A stretch of DNA of 64,000 bases, from assembly GCF_009914755.1 (NCBI RefSeq), contig NC_060925.1, one strand, 5' to 3'. Origin of the DNA: the human T2T-CHM13v2.0 reference genome, Homo sapiens. A model generated the notes under the pieces. The model did no database searches, had not been told where the DNA came from, and was given only the letters and a program-made list of their open reading frames with translations. Below are positions 15,469-31,825 of this stretch, piece after piece. Position 1 is the stretch's first letter. The number at the start of each line of letters is the position of its first letter. The translations under genes and the position numbers were made by a program.

Positions 15469-15600
15469 CAAATCTGGCTTCACCCTGTGAATTAGGGGAA
15501 AGGAGAGCCACATGGAGTGCAAGGTGGTGAAAACGGTGGAGGGCCAGGACTGCTGAACCTCCCGGCTTCTTGGAATTCGGTGAATGTAGTATTTGGTATA
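15469..15600 (-). CDS. ALG14: ALG14 coding exon 3 (codons 97-140)
   Basis: Acceptor ttccttctag|TAT, donor TTG|gtaagt, 132 nt, phase 0-0. Hand translation YTKYYIHRIPRSREVQQSWPSTVFTTLHSMWLSFPLIHRVKPDL includes the Alg14 IPRSREVxQS motif. The ORF track shows this locus in a different frame. Confidence 0.96.
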
Positions 15601-15869
15601 CTAGAAGGAAACAGATGGAATCCAAATCAACTGAGTCACTGATATCAAAGTTAAACATAGTAACAATTAACAGCTGTAGAAACAGAAATGCTTTCTTTAA
15701 TTTAAATTTTCATTCTAACCACTTTTAAATTAGAGTTGTAATGCCTATCTCATGCTTTATATAACACATCAGATGGGATCACATATGACAAAAAAGTTCC
15801 TATGATTCAAAAAATGTTAAAGCCAGTTTGAACAATAAGTTGGGGGAAGTTTCTATAAACTATGTTTCA

Positions 15870-16480
15870 GGCAAAGAATTTAACCTGCTGATATACAAAG
15901 AATTCTTACCAGTCAATATGTAAGACAAGTAACCTAGTATCAAGATGGGCAAAGACAGACAGATAACTCCAAATGGAAGAAATACAAATAATGATAAACA
16001 TGTAAAAAGATGGCTAACAAGCACAACAGAAAACAAGTCATTTTCGCCTACCTGATTGGCAACGACAGTGGATAACCAGTGTTGTTGAGAGTATGGGGAA
16101 ATAGACATTTACATTCACTGGGTAAATACATGGGTACAACTTTTTGGGAGGGCAATCTGGAAATATCTATCAGAACTTTAAATGTGTCTTCCTTTGATCC
16201 AGCATTTCTGCTTCTGGAAATATATCCCACAGATTACCCCACTGTATCATTGTTTGTATTTGTGGAAACTGAAATTAGACCAAATATTCTCCAGTAGGGA
16301 ATGGAGAAGTGCATACAGTAAAATATATGGAGATATATTAACAAATGACATAGAACTATATGAACTCGTATGGAAGATATCCCAAGACACGTTAAGTGAA
16401 TCATGCAAGTTGGAAGACAGCATGTTTAATATAATCCAGCATCAATTAACAAAATACTCACATGCATACATACACACATC
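15870..16480 (+). mobile_element. Old L1ME-type 3' fragment
   Basis: Degenerate ORF2-end/3' UTR signature (tttgatccagcatttctgcttctggaaatatatccc). Confidence 0.6.
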
Positions 16481-16498
16481 AGTATTTGTTAGTTTGGT

Positions 16499-16838
16499 TT
16501 TTTTTTGAGACAAGGTCTCACTCTGTTGCTCAGGCTGGAGTGCATGGTGCAATCACAGCTCACTGCAGCCTTGACCTCCCTGGGCTCAGGTGATCCTCCC
16601 ACCTTAGACTCCCAAGTAGCTGGAACCACAGGCACATGCCACCATACCCAGATCTTCCCACCTCAGCCTCCAGTAGCTGGGACCACAGGTGTGGGCCACC
16701 ATGTCCACCTAATTTTTTTGTATAGACAGGTTCTCGCCATGTTGCCCAGTCTGGTCCTGAACTTCTGGGCTCAAGTGATCTACCCACCTTGGCCTCCCAA
16801 AGTGCTAGAATTACAGGGTTGAGTCACTATACTCGGCC
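16499..16838 (-). mobile_element. Alu (J-like) with internal duplication
   Basis: Antisense AluJ-like; the cctc..gtagctgg.accacagg block occurs twice. Confidence 0.88.
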
Positions 16839-16875
16839 ATGCATTAGTATTTTCATTAAAAAAAATCTGGAACTG

Positions 16876-17188
<313 letters not shown>

Positions 17189-17329
17189 TTACAGAGAAGA
17201 TGATATTACAGGATATTTTCATTTTTCAGGTCAGAATAACTTTGAATATGTTTAAAATTTGCAACAAGAAAGTGATATTTTCATAATCAAGAGAAACCAA
17301 CATATTTTCCTTGAATCAAAATTCCAGAT

Positions 17330-17864
17330 ATATTGGTTACCTATTTCTGTGTAACAAATTATCTCCAAATTTACCAGCTTAAAACAATAAGTATATTCTG
17401 TTTTTCACAGTTTCTGTGGGTCAGGAACCAAGAGTGGCTTAGTGGCTTGCAGTGACTCATGAACTTGAAATCAAGTGGGTGGCTGGGGTTGTAGTCATCT
17501 GAAGGTTTGACTGGGGCAGGAGAATCCACTTCCAAGGTGGCTCACTCAATGGCTGGCCATTTAGTGCTGATTGCTGGTTGGTGTCCTTAGTTCCTTGCCA
17601 AATGGATCTTTCCATAGGGCTCCTTAATTAAGTGTTCTCATTATGCAACAGCTAGCCTCTTAAAAGTAAGTGCTCCAAGAAGAGGCAAGGCAGAAATTGT
17701 CACGTCTTTTATGACCTGACCTCAGAAGTCACATTTTGATATTTCTGATATTTTGATATTAGTTACACAGATCAACCCTATTTGATATGGAAGGGGCTAC
17801 ACTGGAATGTGAACACCAGGAAGTGAGAATCATTGAGGGCTTTCTTGGAGCCTGGCTACCACAC
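17330..17864 (-). mobile_element. MLT1-family MaLR LTR
   Basis: ctgtgtaacaaattatctccaaa...tcacagtttctgtgggtcagga...ggctaccaca. Confidence 0.7.
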
Positions 17865-18411
17865 AGTTAAGTCAGAAAGAAAAGAACAGAATAATTAATA
17901 CATTCTTCCTTTCCCCTTGGCCTTGAGAAACAATATGTTCCTTGAGAAAAGAAGATAGAGAAGCCTTTTTCTAAACCAGTGAAAAGCATATAACTACATT
18001 CTTGCACTCAGAAAAAGGTGTGAAATTGTGTTTGGAGGCTTCTATTATGCTCCAAGAGAACATGAGTGCAGTTCTTACAGACTCAGCAAAAAGTGAAAAT
18101 GGAAATGTGTGACCACTCTGCTTCTTCATATGATGGCAAAGAATATTTTCTCATCTCTCCATGGTATACCAGTGTAGAATGGGAGACCTGGGCTCAATAT
18201 GTATCCACTATTTTTATTTATTTATCAATCTTTTATCAAATCAATGTTTTTCCTTCCAGAAGCTAAGGTACTAAATATTGAACTAGAAACTAATACTGAG
18301 TAGTTCCCAAACTATAAACCACTCAGAAGCAATAGCAAATTGTTTGAGGTTTATGCTCATCTAAGTTGTGGAGATTACTAATTGAAAAACAAGTAATAGG
18401 CCAAGCAGTAC

Positions 18412-18713
18412 TGTAGAGTCAAAATCCCTTCTCAGAAACCTTTTGGGTCAGAAGTGTTTGGACAGGTAATATGGTTTATATACCACATATTATATAATAT
18501 CCTTTTTTGAAGTTTGGGAAAGAAATAAAACATATTAATATCTCTGCAACAATACATGAATATTCACACTAAACAGGATAAATAAAGACTATAAGCTTCA
18601 TGCTGATTCAAATCAGGTTTTGCCGTTAAATAAGCTTGTGACAAACTGGATTTTTTTTTTTTCCAGTTTTCAGAGCTCTTTAGGATTTCAGACTAAGGGA
18701 CTGTGGACCTATA
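18412..18713 (-). mobile_element. MER46C-like Tigger-family element
   Basis: Minus-strand start taggtccacagtccctta...agctctgaaaactg with a degenerate opposite terminal repeat. Confidence 0.55.
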
Positions 18714-19439
18714 CTACAAACTACATTTGAATCCAGTAAGATGTCATGTCATTGTTATTATTGTGATAAAAATAATTCAGTAGAATTCCATCATAGAAGT
18801 TTTTTTGGCTGTTACTTCCACCAAATTGTGTGGCCTAATCTCAATACCTATAATATTTTATTTAAAAAAGCATGGGTGTTTATCATGTTCCTTTAATTTT
18901 GTTAAGGCTGTGAGCATACAACTTTACGAAGCAGCAGCAATGAACAACATTTCTGGATTATATCCAGACAGTGTCACCAGGACTGGAAGGATGATCAGTT
19001 TGATTCTGGCTCCCCTGATTACACCTTGGCTCCAAGGACATAAACATCCAAGCCTGGTAAAGCCTATGCAAGAGCGTCTGGGGCTGGAGATAGCTTTCCT
19101 AGACCTGGACGTGGAAGAAAGTCTACATCTCATCCCTGGCAGCAGCCTGGAGCAGCTAAGAAAATGGGTTTAGGAAGTCTCAGTCCATTTTCAGAAGAAT
19201 AGAAACTAGTGCAAGCATGTTCTGGGGTGGGAACTGAGGGACCTCCAATATATAAAATAGAAAATCAGGCCTGAGGGTAAGGCAACAAGACCAGTAACTA
19301 AAGTTTGATGACCTCTCTTTTTACTTGTGGATGTACCATACAAGGAGCCAACCTCCCAGTCTCCAGACCAGAAGTTTAGCTGGGAGGGGAGTCTTGGTTC
19401 CATTTGTGTGCTGGAGCTAGCTCAGCCAATGACCACATG

Positions 19440-19570
19440 CCTACAGTGACCAATCATCTAGACTGCAGAGGTGGATCTCAGCCTACACTTGTTGTCTCAG
19501 CATAATTATTGATAGTGCCCCATGCTCTCAGAAGTATCAATTTAAATAATAAAGCACATGGTTATCCACA
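19440..19570. mobile_element. MER94-like hAT-Blackjack relic
   Basis: cataattattgatagtgcccc core. Confidence 0.4.
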
Positions 19571-20067
19571 GGGTAGGGCAATGAGGAGCCTCTTCCAAGT
19601 CAGAGGGCAGGATACTTGTTCAGCACAGCCTGAAGAGTCAATATGGTGGGAGAATCTGCATCAAAGTCAGGGATGAAAGTTGAAGTGGTGGCTGGAAAGA
19701 AAGCCAAGGTGGAAGCCCTAACCGTGACATTAACAATGACTGGCACGGGACAGGAGAGTCCATCTGGTGCCACTCTCTGGCTTACAGCTCTAAACTAGAG
19801 AAGCTCCACTTCCAAATCCTATCCGATCTTTCTCACATTATTTTTTGACAGTAAGTTCAGGTAACTGAAAATCCTACTAAAAAGACTGCTCTATAAATCC
19901 AAGTCTCCACCTACACATCCCCCCACCATTGTAGCATATCCGTTCTCCTCAGAGATATCTTTCCTGACTAGCCTTTCTAAAATATCCCCATCCTCCCCTC
20001 TCCCCATCCCCACGTACACATATTCTTCCCTCCTCCATCACCAAACTTTCTGTGTGCTTTAAAATAA

Positions 20068-20503
<436 letters not shown>

Positions 20504-21718
20504 TAGTTTGTAGTAAAAAAAAAAAAAAATTTATTGAATAAATAATTCAATATGTCATTACACAGTAATATAAATCAATTCCATCTTCCTATCACCTAGC
20601 TGAGATATATTTAGAATATAGAAAGGACACAAGGGGGGTAATTTGAGAGTGTATACTTAAAGCCTTATTTGCAAGGGCCACTCTTTAAATGGGTTGAACT
20701 GAATGGAATTCATGAAGCTAGAGGAGAGAGGCTGGGGTAGTGCAGGGAATTGTGGATTTATAAACAGCCAAAGCTAGAAGGCACCAAACCCCAAAGGTTG
20801 GGGAAACAGGAAGGAGGGACACAAAGGAATCAAAGACAAATGTCCCCCTTCCCTAACATGTTCTAGGTGAAAAGCCTCTGTGGGTCCTCTTTCCAAAAAA
20901 TAGGACCATGAGAGAGGAGTGTGCTGAGGCTTTGAGGTATGCACACAAAGGGGAAAGGAGCCTGCCAATTAGAGCAGCAGGGCATCCCCTTCTGCATCTA
21001 ACAATGCTTCAAAAACTCTCTGCCCCACTGTTTTTCTATGATACCTGCTATGCTGCCAGGCAGTCAAGTAGATGGGAACCCGGGCCATCCTGACAGGGAC
21101 AGTGCCCTCAGATTACCTATACTTGACACAGAAATTGGGTACTGGGTTACTTGATGTCCTGTGTCATTTAAAGGAAACACTGAGAGCCAGGCTGTGGCAA
21201 AATCTTAAGAGAGTTTTTATTATTTTACATAGTTTTAGGAAATAAAATCAACTATATAAAGAAGTCAATGAAAAATAATCAATACAAGGCTTATATTCTG
21301 GTCTTAAAGTTTCCTTTGAAGACAAGGGAATGAGACAGAGGTTCAGACAGCTACAATTCAGGCCTGCTATGACCTTTGGCCAGGAATTACCTAGGGGTTC
21401 TGATATCTGGAGAAATCCAAATGAAGGCATCTTTATAGACGTTGTTTTTGTTAGTCTGTACCTTTGCTCTAAGGGAACTGTTCCTGACCCAGCTTCATGT
21501 CCTATAATGGGATGCAAGACATAAAAGATGCCTGCTCCATCATTTTACCACCCCTACCTCCCACTCCCAGAACTACCATTTGGTTCAGGAGTGGCCACAT
21601 AACCCTAGCAGGGCCAGTCTTTTCCTGGATTCCTATAGACCAAGGAAAGTAGTTCTTCCTTTGAGGGACACTGTAGGCTGCTAAACTGGATCTCAATCCA
21701 TCCTACGGGGGCTGAGAA

Positions 21719-21785
<67 letters not shown>

Positions 21786-21840
21786 TACATATATATACAC
21801 ACACACACACATATATATATACACAAATATATATATATAT
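21719..21840. repeat. Compound microsatellite (ATAC)n(AT)n(AC)n
   Basis: About 120 bp of nearly unbroken alternating purine-pyrimidine. Confidence 0.95.
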
Positions 21841-21899
21841 TTGTATTCCTCTATCCACTAGGCCTTTCTACAGTGACTTAAAACTATTATATTTTCCAC

Positions 21900-22792
21900 C
21901 ACAATGGGCTACTCCTTCTGTATTCCCAAGGTAGAAATCAACAAATCAACAGTAAAATCTATCATAGATTTCCTTCTAGATATGAAGATCTATGAGGTTG
22001 CCAGGGACCGAAAGGAGAGAGGAGGCTGCCCCCATGTTTCCTTCTCCCAAAACTTTTATACACATTCCATAGCTAACCACTTATTCCACATGTCTCGGCT
22101 ACTCCCACAATTCAAGTCATTACCATCTCTCACCTTGACTACTTCAACAGCCTCTTAACTAGTCTCTTTGCTTCTCCTCTTGCTCCCCTACAATCTATTC
22201 TTTATAGAATTGCCAGACCCATCTGTTTATAATGTAAAGCAGATCCTTTCATTCTCCTGCTTAAAATCCCACAAAGGCTTTCCACTGCACCAAGTCCAAA
22301 TGCCTTACAGTTGCTCCCAAGGTCCCATGTAATCTGGTGCTGGCTCACATCTCTAATTCCTCCTTGTTCATTCACTTGAGCCACACTGGTCTTCTGTCTG
22401 TTCTTTGAATGTGTCAGACTCACTCCTTCCTGAGGGCCTTGTCTGCTCATTCTAACAAGTTTGATTTGCTCCCAGACTGTCTCACAGCTAGCTCCTTCCT
22501 GTACATCAGATCTTGTCTAAACATTACCCACTCAGAGGGGAGACAGTTCTTCTCCAAATATGTGGTCTCTCCACCACACTGTCTTGTTTTACCATCTTCA
22601 TAGCAATCACCATTACCTCCAATTAACTTGTTCATTTATGTGTATATGTGATTGTATGTAGTCTGCCCCTCTTCCAGGGATGCAAGCTCCATGAGAGAAA
22701 AGGATTTCATCTTGCTCACTGCTACGATCCCACTGCCTGATGTTTTGCACATCATGGGTACTCAGTAAATAACTTGCTGAACAGACAAATGA
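21900..22792 (+). mobile_element. L2 LINE fragment (3' part)
   Basis: Pyrimidine-rich L2 body ending in tgcaagctccatgag...tactcagtaaataacttgctgaa. Confidence 0.7.
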
Positions 22793-24481
22793 CTATCATT
22801 ATAATTTCTAGAAGTCTAGTCCATGCTGGATGGTGATGGGGAAGATGCTGGCTCTTAACCTCATGACATCTCAGGGTTTTAAGGGACATACTATTCCAAC
22901 TTTCTCACTTTGCAGATGAGGAATCTGGACTTCCCTAAAGTGACAGCACCAGGACCTGAACCCAGGTCTTCCATGTGTTCTGAAATATGCTGCTGACTCA
23001 CCTCCTTCTCTAGATCTTGCTTGGATCTCTGTGTCTCACTGCTGAGGAGCTGCTTTCCCCAACATATAAGGAGCTGAACCACGAAGTTTACTCCCTGCCT
23101 CCTGCTACTCTTATGTATAGCCAACTACTCATCCTGATCCATTTCCTTTTTCTTCCTTGATTTTTCAAATCACCCACTCTCAAACCCATAGAGTTTGTTG
23201 TCTCTTTCCCTGCCTCTACAGGAACTAAGCTCCCTGCCTCCTCCTCTCTCTTTGCCCTCTGTGCCCTGTTTTGCACTGTAGGCTTGGGTTACCAAACCCA
23301 CCTACCACTGTTACCAGTGACCGCCCGCCACCTACCCCGACACATTCCCTAAGCCTTTTAGGGGAAAAATCAAAATAAGAACACAACAGGACCTCAGAAA
23401 TTTTGAGACTTTTCTGTTGAACTTTAGGCCTCAAGGCCCTTATGGCAAGTTCTGCTGTCCTGCTATTGCTCCTACCTGGCAGTCAGCTGGGTTATATGTT
23501 CCTAGAAAGGATGTTTTTGTTTTGTTTTGTTTTGTTTTCTCTCTTTCTTCTCTGTCTCTTTCTCTCTTCTTTCTTTCTTTGTAGTTCAATGTGTATATCC
23601 TGCAAAATTTACCTGTCTTCAATATAATCCAGTCTCTTTCACACTATTGGCCAAAGAAGTAAGACTCTTTCTTATTCTCTATCGTATAGAAGAAGACATA
23701 TTTTAGTGAAACAGTGAAACAACCTTTCCATCTCAGCTTCCTAATTCCTGTAGAACAGGGCCATGTCCCATAGTACTCTGTATGCCCACAAGGCCTCCCA
23801 ACGCTCCCTATATGAACTTGACTGATGTATAATCAAATATATGGTGGCAAGAGAGACAAGAAAAGTAGGATGCTGAAGAGTGAAAAAACAGAGAAATGGA
23901 TTTTGTTCAGGCTTCTAGTGTCTGATAGTATATGAAACACTGAGTTAAATACTAACAGTATATGACAACTTGTAACTTTCAAAGTATGTTCCAGAATTAC
24001 ATCACTGTTAAAAACCACAAACATATCTGGCTTTAGATTTGTGAAAACTAAATAGGAGTTTATAGTGATTTAGATGGAAATAATTCCACCAAAGAATCCA
24101 GATGGCATCATAAACCACAACAGAGGAGATCAAGTGGTTGATGAAGTCATTCTTTGCTGTTACCACACACTGAAACATACAATACCTTTATTATTTAGTG
24201 AATGCCACACGACTGAAAAGTCCTGGAAACAAGACAAAGTTAAAATGGTAAAATTTCATTCAACCAAAAATGGTTTCAGCTTTCTTTCATAACTATTTAA
24301 AAATAATGCAATGTATATTTTTAAATGTATGTTGGATGGTTCAACTAATCATTATGAAATCAAGATGACCATAATTTACCACAAAATTTTTTTTTATATG
24401 TCCTTCAAGTACTTGGTAGATACTTTATGGTGCTGATGAAATGCCATGAAGTGTCATATAAGTGAGGGTGCTGTGGGCCCC

Positions 24482-25138
<657 letters not shown>

Positions 25139-26398
25139 GTCCCATGATGGGTCCTGCTGATAACCACTTACTTTGCATGAATCAAGCTCTCTGGACCTCA
25201 GTGTCCCACTGTGAAGCAAGGAGGGCTAGCTGAGATCAGGGATCCTTAACTAGCCACCATGATCCCACAGCTGGCTCAAGACTGGCTTGTCAAAGAGAAA
25301 TGAGGCTGCACTCCAGCTCTGCCCCAGGGCCTGAAACCACCCCTCACTTTACCTCCAGAAGCTTCTCCTTGCCTGGTGGTCTGAGACTTCAGGGAAAAAC
25401 AAAGTAGTTTGTTTCTGAAAAAATTATGGGATTCTGGCTCAAAAGATTTTTAAAGCCTTTTATAAATGCACATTTATTCTCTCTCAGCCTTTATTGACTC
25501 CTTCTTTTGACAATATCGCAATTTTCCTTTGGGTAACTCATTCCTCTCATATTCTCAGCCGGACGGTTTGGTGGTATTTGCCTCCTGTCCCCTTCACCCC
25601 TAACCCTGCCTCTAAGAGTAGGCCTGGAATGGCTGAAGCAACATGGAGGAATCATTCCTGGCTACAATGATTAGCTGAAAGATGGGAGTATAACCCCACT
25701 GGAGTACCATGAGGCAGGAGATGTTTGCTGGGGCTCTCTCTCCCATATGCTGTAAGAGATCCTCTTCTTCCTCATGAAGAGGAAGAGACATGAGGCCAGG
25801 AGGTGCTACAGGTTTTTGTTACCCTAATGAGAGAGCTTGGAGCTGCTGGAGGCAGCACTGTGGGAAGCCCGGTGGAGCTGCCACTGCAGAAGACAGAGCA
25901 GAGAGACAACTCTTGCTATAGGGATATGCCTGGGCAACCGGACCAAGCCTCGCCAGAAATAAGACTGAATTTTTCCTGTTTTGTAAGTTGACAAATTCCC
26001 TTTATTGTTCAAGCCAATTTTAAGCGTAGGTTTATGTCACTTGAAGTTGAAGCACCCTTCCTTTGTCCTTAAAATGGTAAGAAAATTGCATTCCTTTTCT
26101 TAAAATAAAATATATATATTAAAATCATGTATGAAACAATTGTTTACGACATTGAATTTCAGAGCTGTACTCTCTAAGCATGGATTCATTCACTTGTTTC
26201 TTCATTAAACTTTCAACAAGCACCTGCCAGGTGACAGGAACTGGGCTAGGGAAACAGAGGTGAATAAGACATTCACAAGGAACTCACTGCAGTCTATCAG
26301 GACAGCACAGGAAAAGTGATAATTGCAGTCAAAGGGATAACTATAATATGAGACAATTATTAAATATAATGTTAGCACCAAGTAAGAAGTAATAAACT

Positions 26399-27036
<638 letters not shown>

Positions 27037-27056
27037 CAAAGTGATAAACTATAAGG

Positions 27057-27361
27057 TTTTTTTTTTTTTTTTTTTTGAGACAGGGTCTCCCTCTCTTGCC
27101 CAGGCTGGAGAGCAGCGGCATGATCATGACTCACTGCATCCTTGACCTCCTGGGCTCAAGCGATTCTCCCACCTTGGCCTTCTGGGTAGCCAGGACTACA
27201 GGCATGCCCCATCACATCTTGCTGATTTTAAAAAAACTTTTTCTAAAGACGGGGTCTTCCTATGTTGCCCAGGCTGGTCTGGAATTCCTGGGTTCAAATG
27301 ATCTTCCCACCTTGGCCTCCCAAATTGTTGGGATTACAGGCGTGAGCCACCACGCCCAGCC
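27057..27361 (-). mobile_element. Alu (J-like)
   Basis: Antisense AluJ-like. Confidence 0.9.
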
Positions 27362-28121
27362 AATACATTATTCTTTGATAAGGTAAATCAGGCTTCATGA
27401 AGAGATTCCTGATCTAACTTGTGCAGGATATAAAATTTTCTAAGTATAATAGTGTGGGTGTGGTTGGTGAAGGGTCTTCTTGCCAGAGGAAGCAGCGTGT
27501 TCAGAGCTGAGAGACATGAAATAGCATGGAATATCTGGGGAACTGTATTTTGGTACGTAAGAAGCAACATAGGGAACAACAGAAAATGGAGTTGGAGCGG
27601 AATAATGGGAGCAGAAATGCATTCAAGAAATACCAGTCTAGTAATTATGAAGAGAATGGACAGAAGGGGAGAGGGCACGACCAGAGAAGGGCAATCATTG
27701 GGGAGATCACTGAAATACATCAGAAGAATGATGCTGAAGGCCTGACGGCCAGCAGCAGCACTAAGGTAGAGGAATGGAGATGACAAGCAGTGAGAAGGGA
27801 GATTTAGGACGCTGGAGAGTTTGGGATAACTCTCAGGTTTTTACCTAGGGTGAACGGTACTGTCATGACCTGGGGAGCAAATAGCAAGAGCGGAAACAGG
27901 CTGACAGCACATCATGATTCACTGTGGTCTTGTTTGGAGCATAATTTTGAGTTGGTAAAATACTCTTTAAGTATAAAATATATCAATATTAGAAAACATA
28001 CACAGGTATTTTAGGTTGAAATGGGACAGACAGGAGTTTGTACTATAACTGAAGCAATGGGTAGACCTAGCAGGCAAGTGGACGGAGGAAGACAACTGGG
28101 AATCTAGGAAGATAATATTCA

Positions 28122-28579
<458 letters not shown>

Positions 28580-29735
28580 TTATTTCACAGTAGAAGACTA
28601 AGGCCCAGAGGGGTTGATTCACACAAGGTGACAGAGCTGGTTATTAGCAGGACCCACAGCTCCCTTACTCATATGTTGCTTCATGACATTTCATAAGCAC
28701 CATAAAGTGAGCATCTACCAGGTATTTGAAGGACAAGGGAGTATCCCTCGGCACCCATTGTTTCCCTTTTACTTCCTTGCCATGCTCACCTGCTTGGTCA
28801 AACCTGACTAAAACTGTAAGTACATCTCTAGTCACAGCCTGGCCACATGCAGAGCTTAGAATTATGCTGTCCGTGGTGTGACTGCAACTACCAGAATTAT
28901 TTCCTTGGGCCTAAAGGCTGGAAGGATCTAACAGCCTCCATTTGTACAAAAGGAAGGACGTAGGGAATTCCAAAACAGGCCATGTCCTGATTTTATAACA
29001 GCACAAAATAAATTGTATGTTTGTACTCAAAGGTATAGATTTTTTTTTTAATTGTGCTATTTATGTTTTTAAAACCAAACATTGGTGATTAGAATGCCAT
29101 AAATTTGCTTTGAAATGGAGAAACAACAGTACTATATTATAAAATGTTACTGCTCTTCATGTTGTAAGAATCCCATACAATACAAATTTAACTGGCACTG
29201 GGAAATTGGTTAAATTACCACAAGGTTGAAATAACGGCACTATGTTATTCACAGCTATTTTAATTTCATCTGTTCAGAACATGATTTAAAGAAAGTTTAA
29301 CCTGACTGGCTTTAGGTCTAGAGATAGAGGAAGGAATAATTGAGATTTGGGGAGGAATTTAAGAGATTAAGCTGTTTAAAATACTTTAAAAGCATGTATA
29401 TATCTACCTGATATACTATTTCAAAAATAAGAATCTATTCACTGAAATGGCCACATCAGAATCTCTATTTGCAGTAAATTACAAATATTTTCTTATTCAA
29501 ATATTTTGCTCATTTAGACCGGCCTCCTTTCAAATTAGAGATTTTTTTTTACCTTTACCTATAATTCAGTAAGTTAAGGTCCATATGAATGAGGAAAAGT
29601 GCACATATACATTATACACACTCAAAACCATAACTATGTTAAGCCACCAGTTGTAATATACATTACAGTTGACAAACTTAAATAAAACCCCACAGTTTAA
29701 ACTATACAGTTACAAACATTTCTTTCAGAACTGAT

Positions 29736-29995
29736 TGGGAGGCCAAGGCAGAAGGAGACTAGCGTAGGCAACACAGCAAGACCCCATCTTTACAAAAACA
29801 AAAATTAAAAAATTAGCTGGGTGTGATGGGCCTTACCTGTAGTTCCAGTTACTTGGGAGGCTGAGGCAGGACTGCTTGAGCCCAGGAATTCAAAGATGCA
29901 GTGAGCTATGATTGCACCACTGCACCCCAGCCTGGGCAGACAGTGAGACCCCGTCTCTTTAAAAAAAAAAAAAAAGAAAGAAAGAAAAAAAAAGA
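29736..29995 (+). mobile_element. Alu (J-like, partial)
   Basis: Deleted left arm, intact right arm. Confidence 0.85.
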
Positions 29996-30689
29996 AAGGG
30001 AAAAAAGAACTGCTTAGGAACTGTGGAAAGTAACAACAAATACACTCAATGTAGACATCTCAGCAAGCTGTACACAGTCTCAGTCCACTGTGCGAAGTTA
30101 GCACCCCACCTTGTGGAAAACAGTAGGTGGTGTTCAGTGGAAGAATGTCATGTTAATTTTAGAAGAGCTGGTTGATAAATCCTGCAACCACCAAACTGCC
30201 ACTGATTCTTATATAAACAGAAAATGCAAAACCAAAAAAAGAATGCAAACCAAAAGAATCCCTATTTATTACACTAGCAGCAAAACTTTTGTACTTCCAA
30301 AATAAAAGGATATGAGCCTCAAAATATTGGTGCTTGTGGTATGTGTTTGGATTATTTCTGTAGAAAATATTTATTTAGATATTTATAAAAAAATAAATAT
30401 TTCATATTAGTAGGTTTTTACTCCCACTGGGGCTTGTATCTCTTCTTAGTTTTGTTTCTAAAAAATAGCTGTTTTCTAATTGTAACTTTAGAAAATACAG
30501 AAAAATATTCAAAGACAAAACCAAAAATCAACCAATATCTCCCTACTCTTTTGAAGAAGCCCCCACCCCAACACTCTATCTCACAGAGATCTCTCCCTCC
30601 TCTGCATTCAAAGCACTCATTGTCCTTTGCTTATCTTTGATTTAAACATACACACACACACACACACACACATACACACAGTTTGAAAG

Positions 30690-31600
30690 TTCTTCTGGTC
30701 TTCTCAGTTTCGTCAGACTCTTCGCGTTATTTATCATTCCTGTTACTTTCTTGGCACCATGTCTTCTGGAGTTCTCTGTCACTTTGCTCTGTTCCCAACT
30801 GTTTGTTCTCTAGGACCACCTATGAAGTCTTCACACTGGAACTCCCTTCACTGCTGTCCTGAGAATTCCCTTCCCTTCTCTCCTGGACTGAGGCCCAGAT
30901 CCCTGGAACTGAGTCTCCCTTTTGGGTGCCCCTTGTTTTGGTGGGGCACACCCTCTGTGGGAGGGTACATGAGGAATCCATTTGAGACACTGCTCCACTG
31001 TACTTCTGAAACCTCAAATGTGATTCCTTTTCTTGTTCTTTCTGGAAGTTTTTAGTATCTTCTCTTCATCGTTAGTTCTGAAACTGTACATGACGTGTCT
31101 TGTGACTACACTTTCACTGGACTCAGGATAGTCCTTTTATTTTAAAAGTCGGGTCCTTCTGTTTTGGAAATTTCCCTGGGTCATAATTTTGTTTCATTTT
31201 GAACTTTTCCCATTTCCTTGTTCCTTCTGAATAATGGACTTGCAACATCCAGTTTGGTTGTCTAATTTTCTTGCCTTTCTCTACTGTTTTTTACGTTTTC
31301 CTTATGCTTTTAATCTTTTTCTTGAGTTCTTCAATGTGATCTTCCAATCTTTCATTGAATTTTTATTGCTGAAATCAAAATTTTAATAGCCAAGGGGTTT
31401 TTTTTGTTCTTAGTTTTTTAAAAAATAGGTCTCATTCTTGTTTTAATGAAATAATGCCCTCTCATTTCTTCGAACATAATTGTTTTCGTTTAAACTCCCC
31501 ACTGCCACTGAAATGCCCTTTTCTCTAGTTCCTTTCGTTAGTTTTCTCTTTAGAGGCTTTCCTCAAATGTCTGATATTCTGTAGATGTTGATTCAACTAC
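30690..31600 (-). mobile_element. Old L1M fragment (ORF1 region)
   Basis: T-rich degenerate sequence resembling antisense L1 ORF1. Confidence 0.5.
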
Positions 31601-31604
31601 TGAT

Positions 31605-31825
31605 TCTCAAGGGCGATGGGAGGGGAGGCCCCCCATACACACGTTATAAGGTCTGGAGACATTTTGGGTTGCCATAACTGGTGGTGGGGGTTGGGGGAGC
31701 ACTCTTGGCATCTGGTGGATAAAGGCCAGGGATGCTGCTAACATCCTGTAACACACAGGACATTCCCCTACAATGAAGATTTGTCTGTCCCAAAATGTCA
31801 ATAGTGACGAGGATGAGAAGCCCTA
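31605..31825 (+). mobile_element. MER20-like hAT element
   Basis: tctggagacatttt...ggccagggatgctgctaa...ccaaaatgtcaatagtg signature. Confidence 0.75.

Noticed and set aside
15461-15658. ORF-track protein over exon 3
   Set aside because: Alternative frame; the true ALG14 frame is set by the splice sites at 15600 and 15469.
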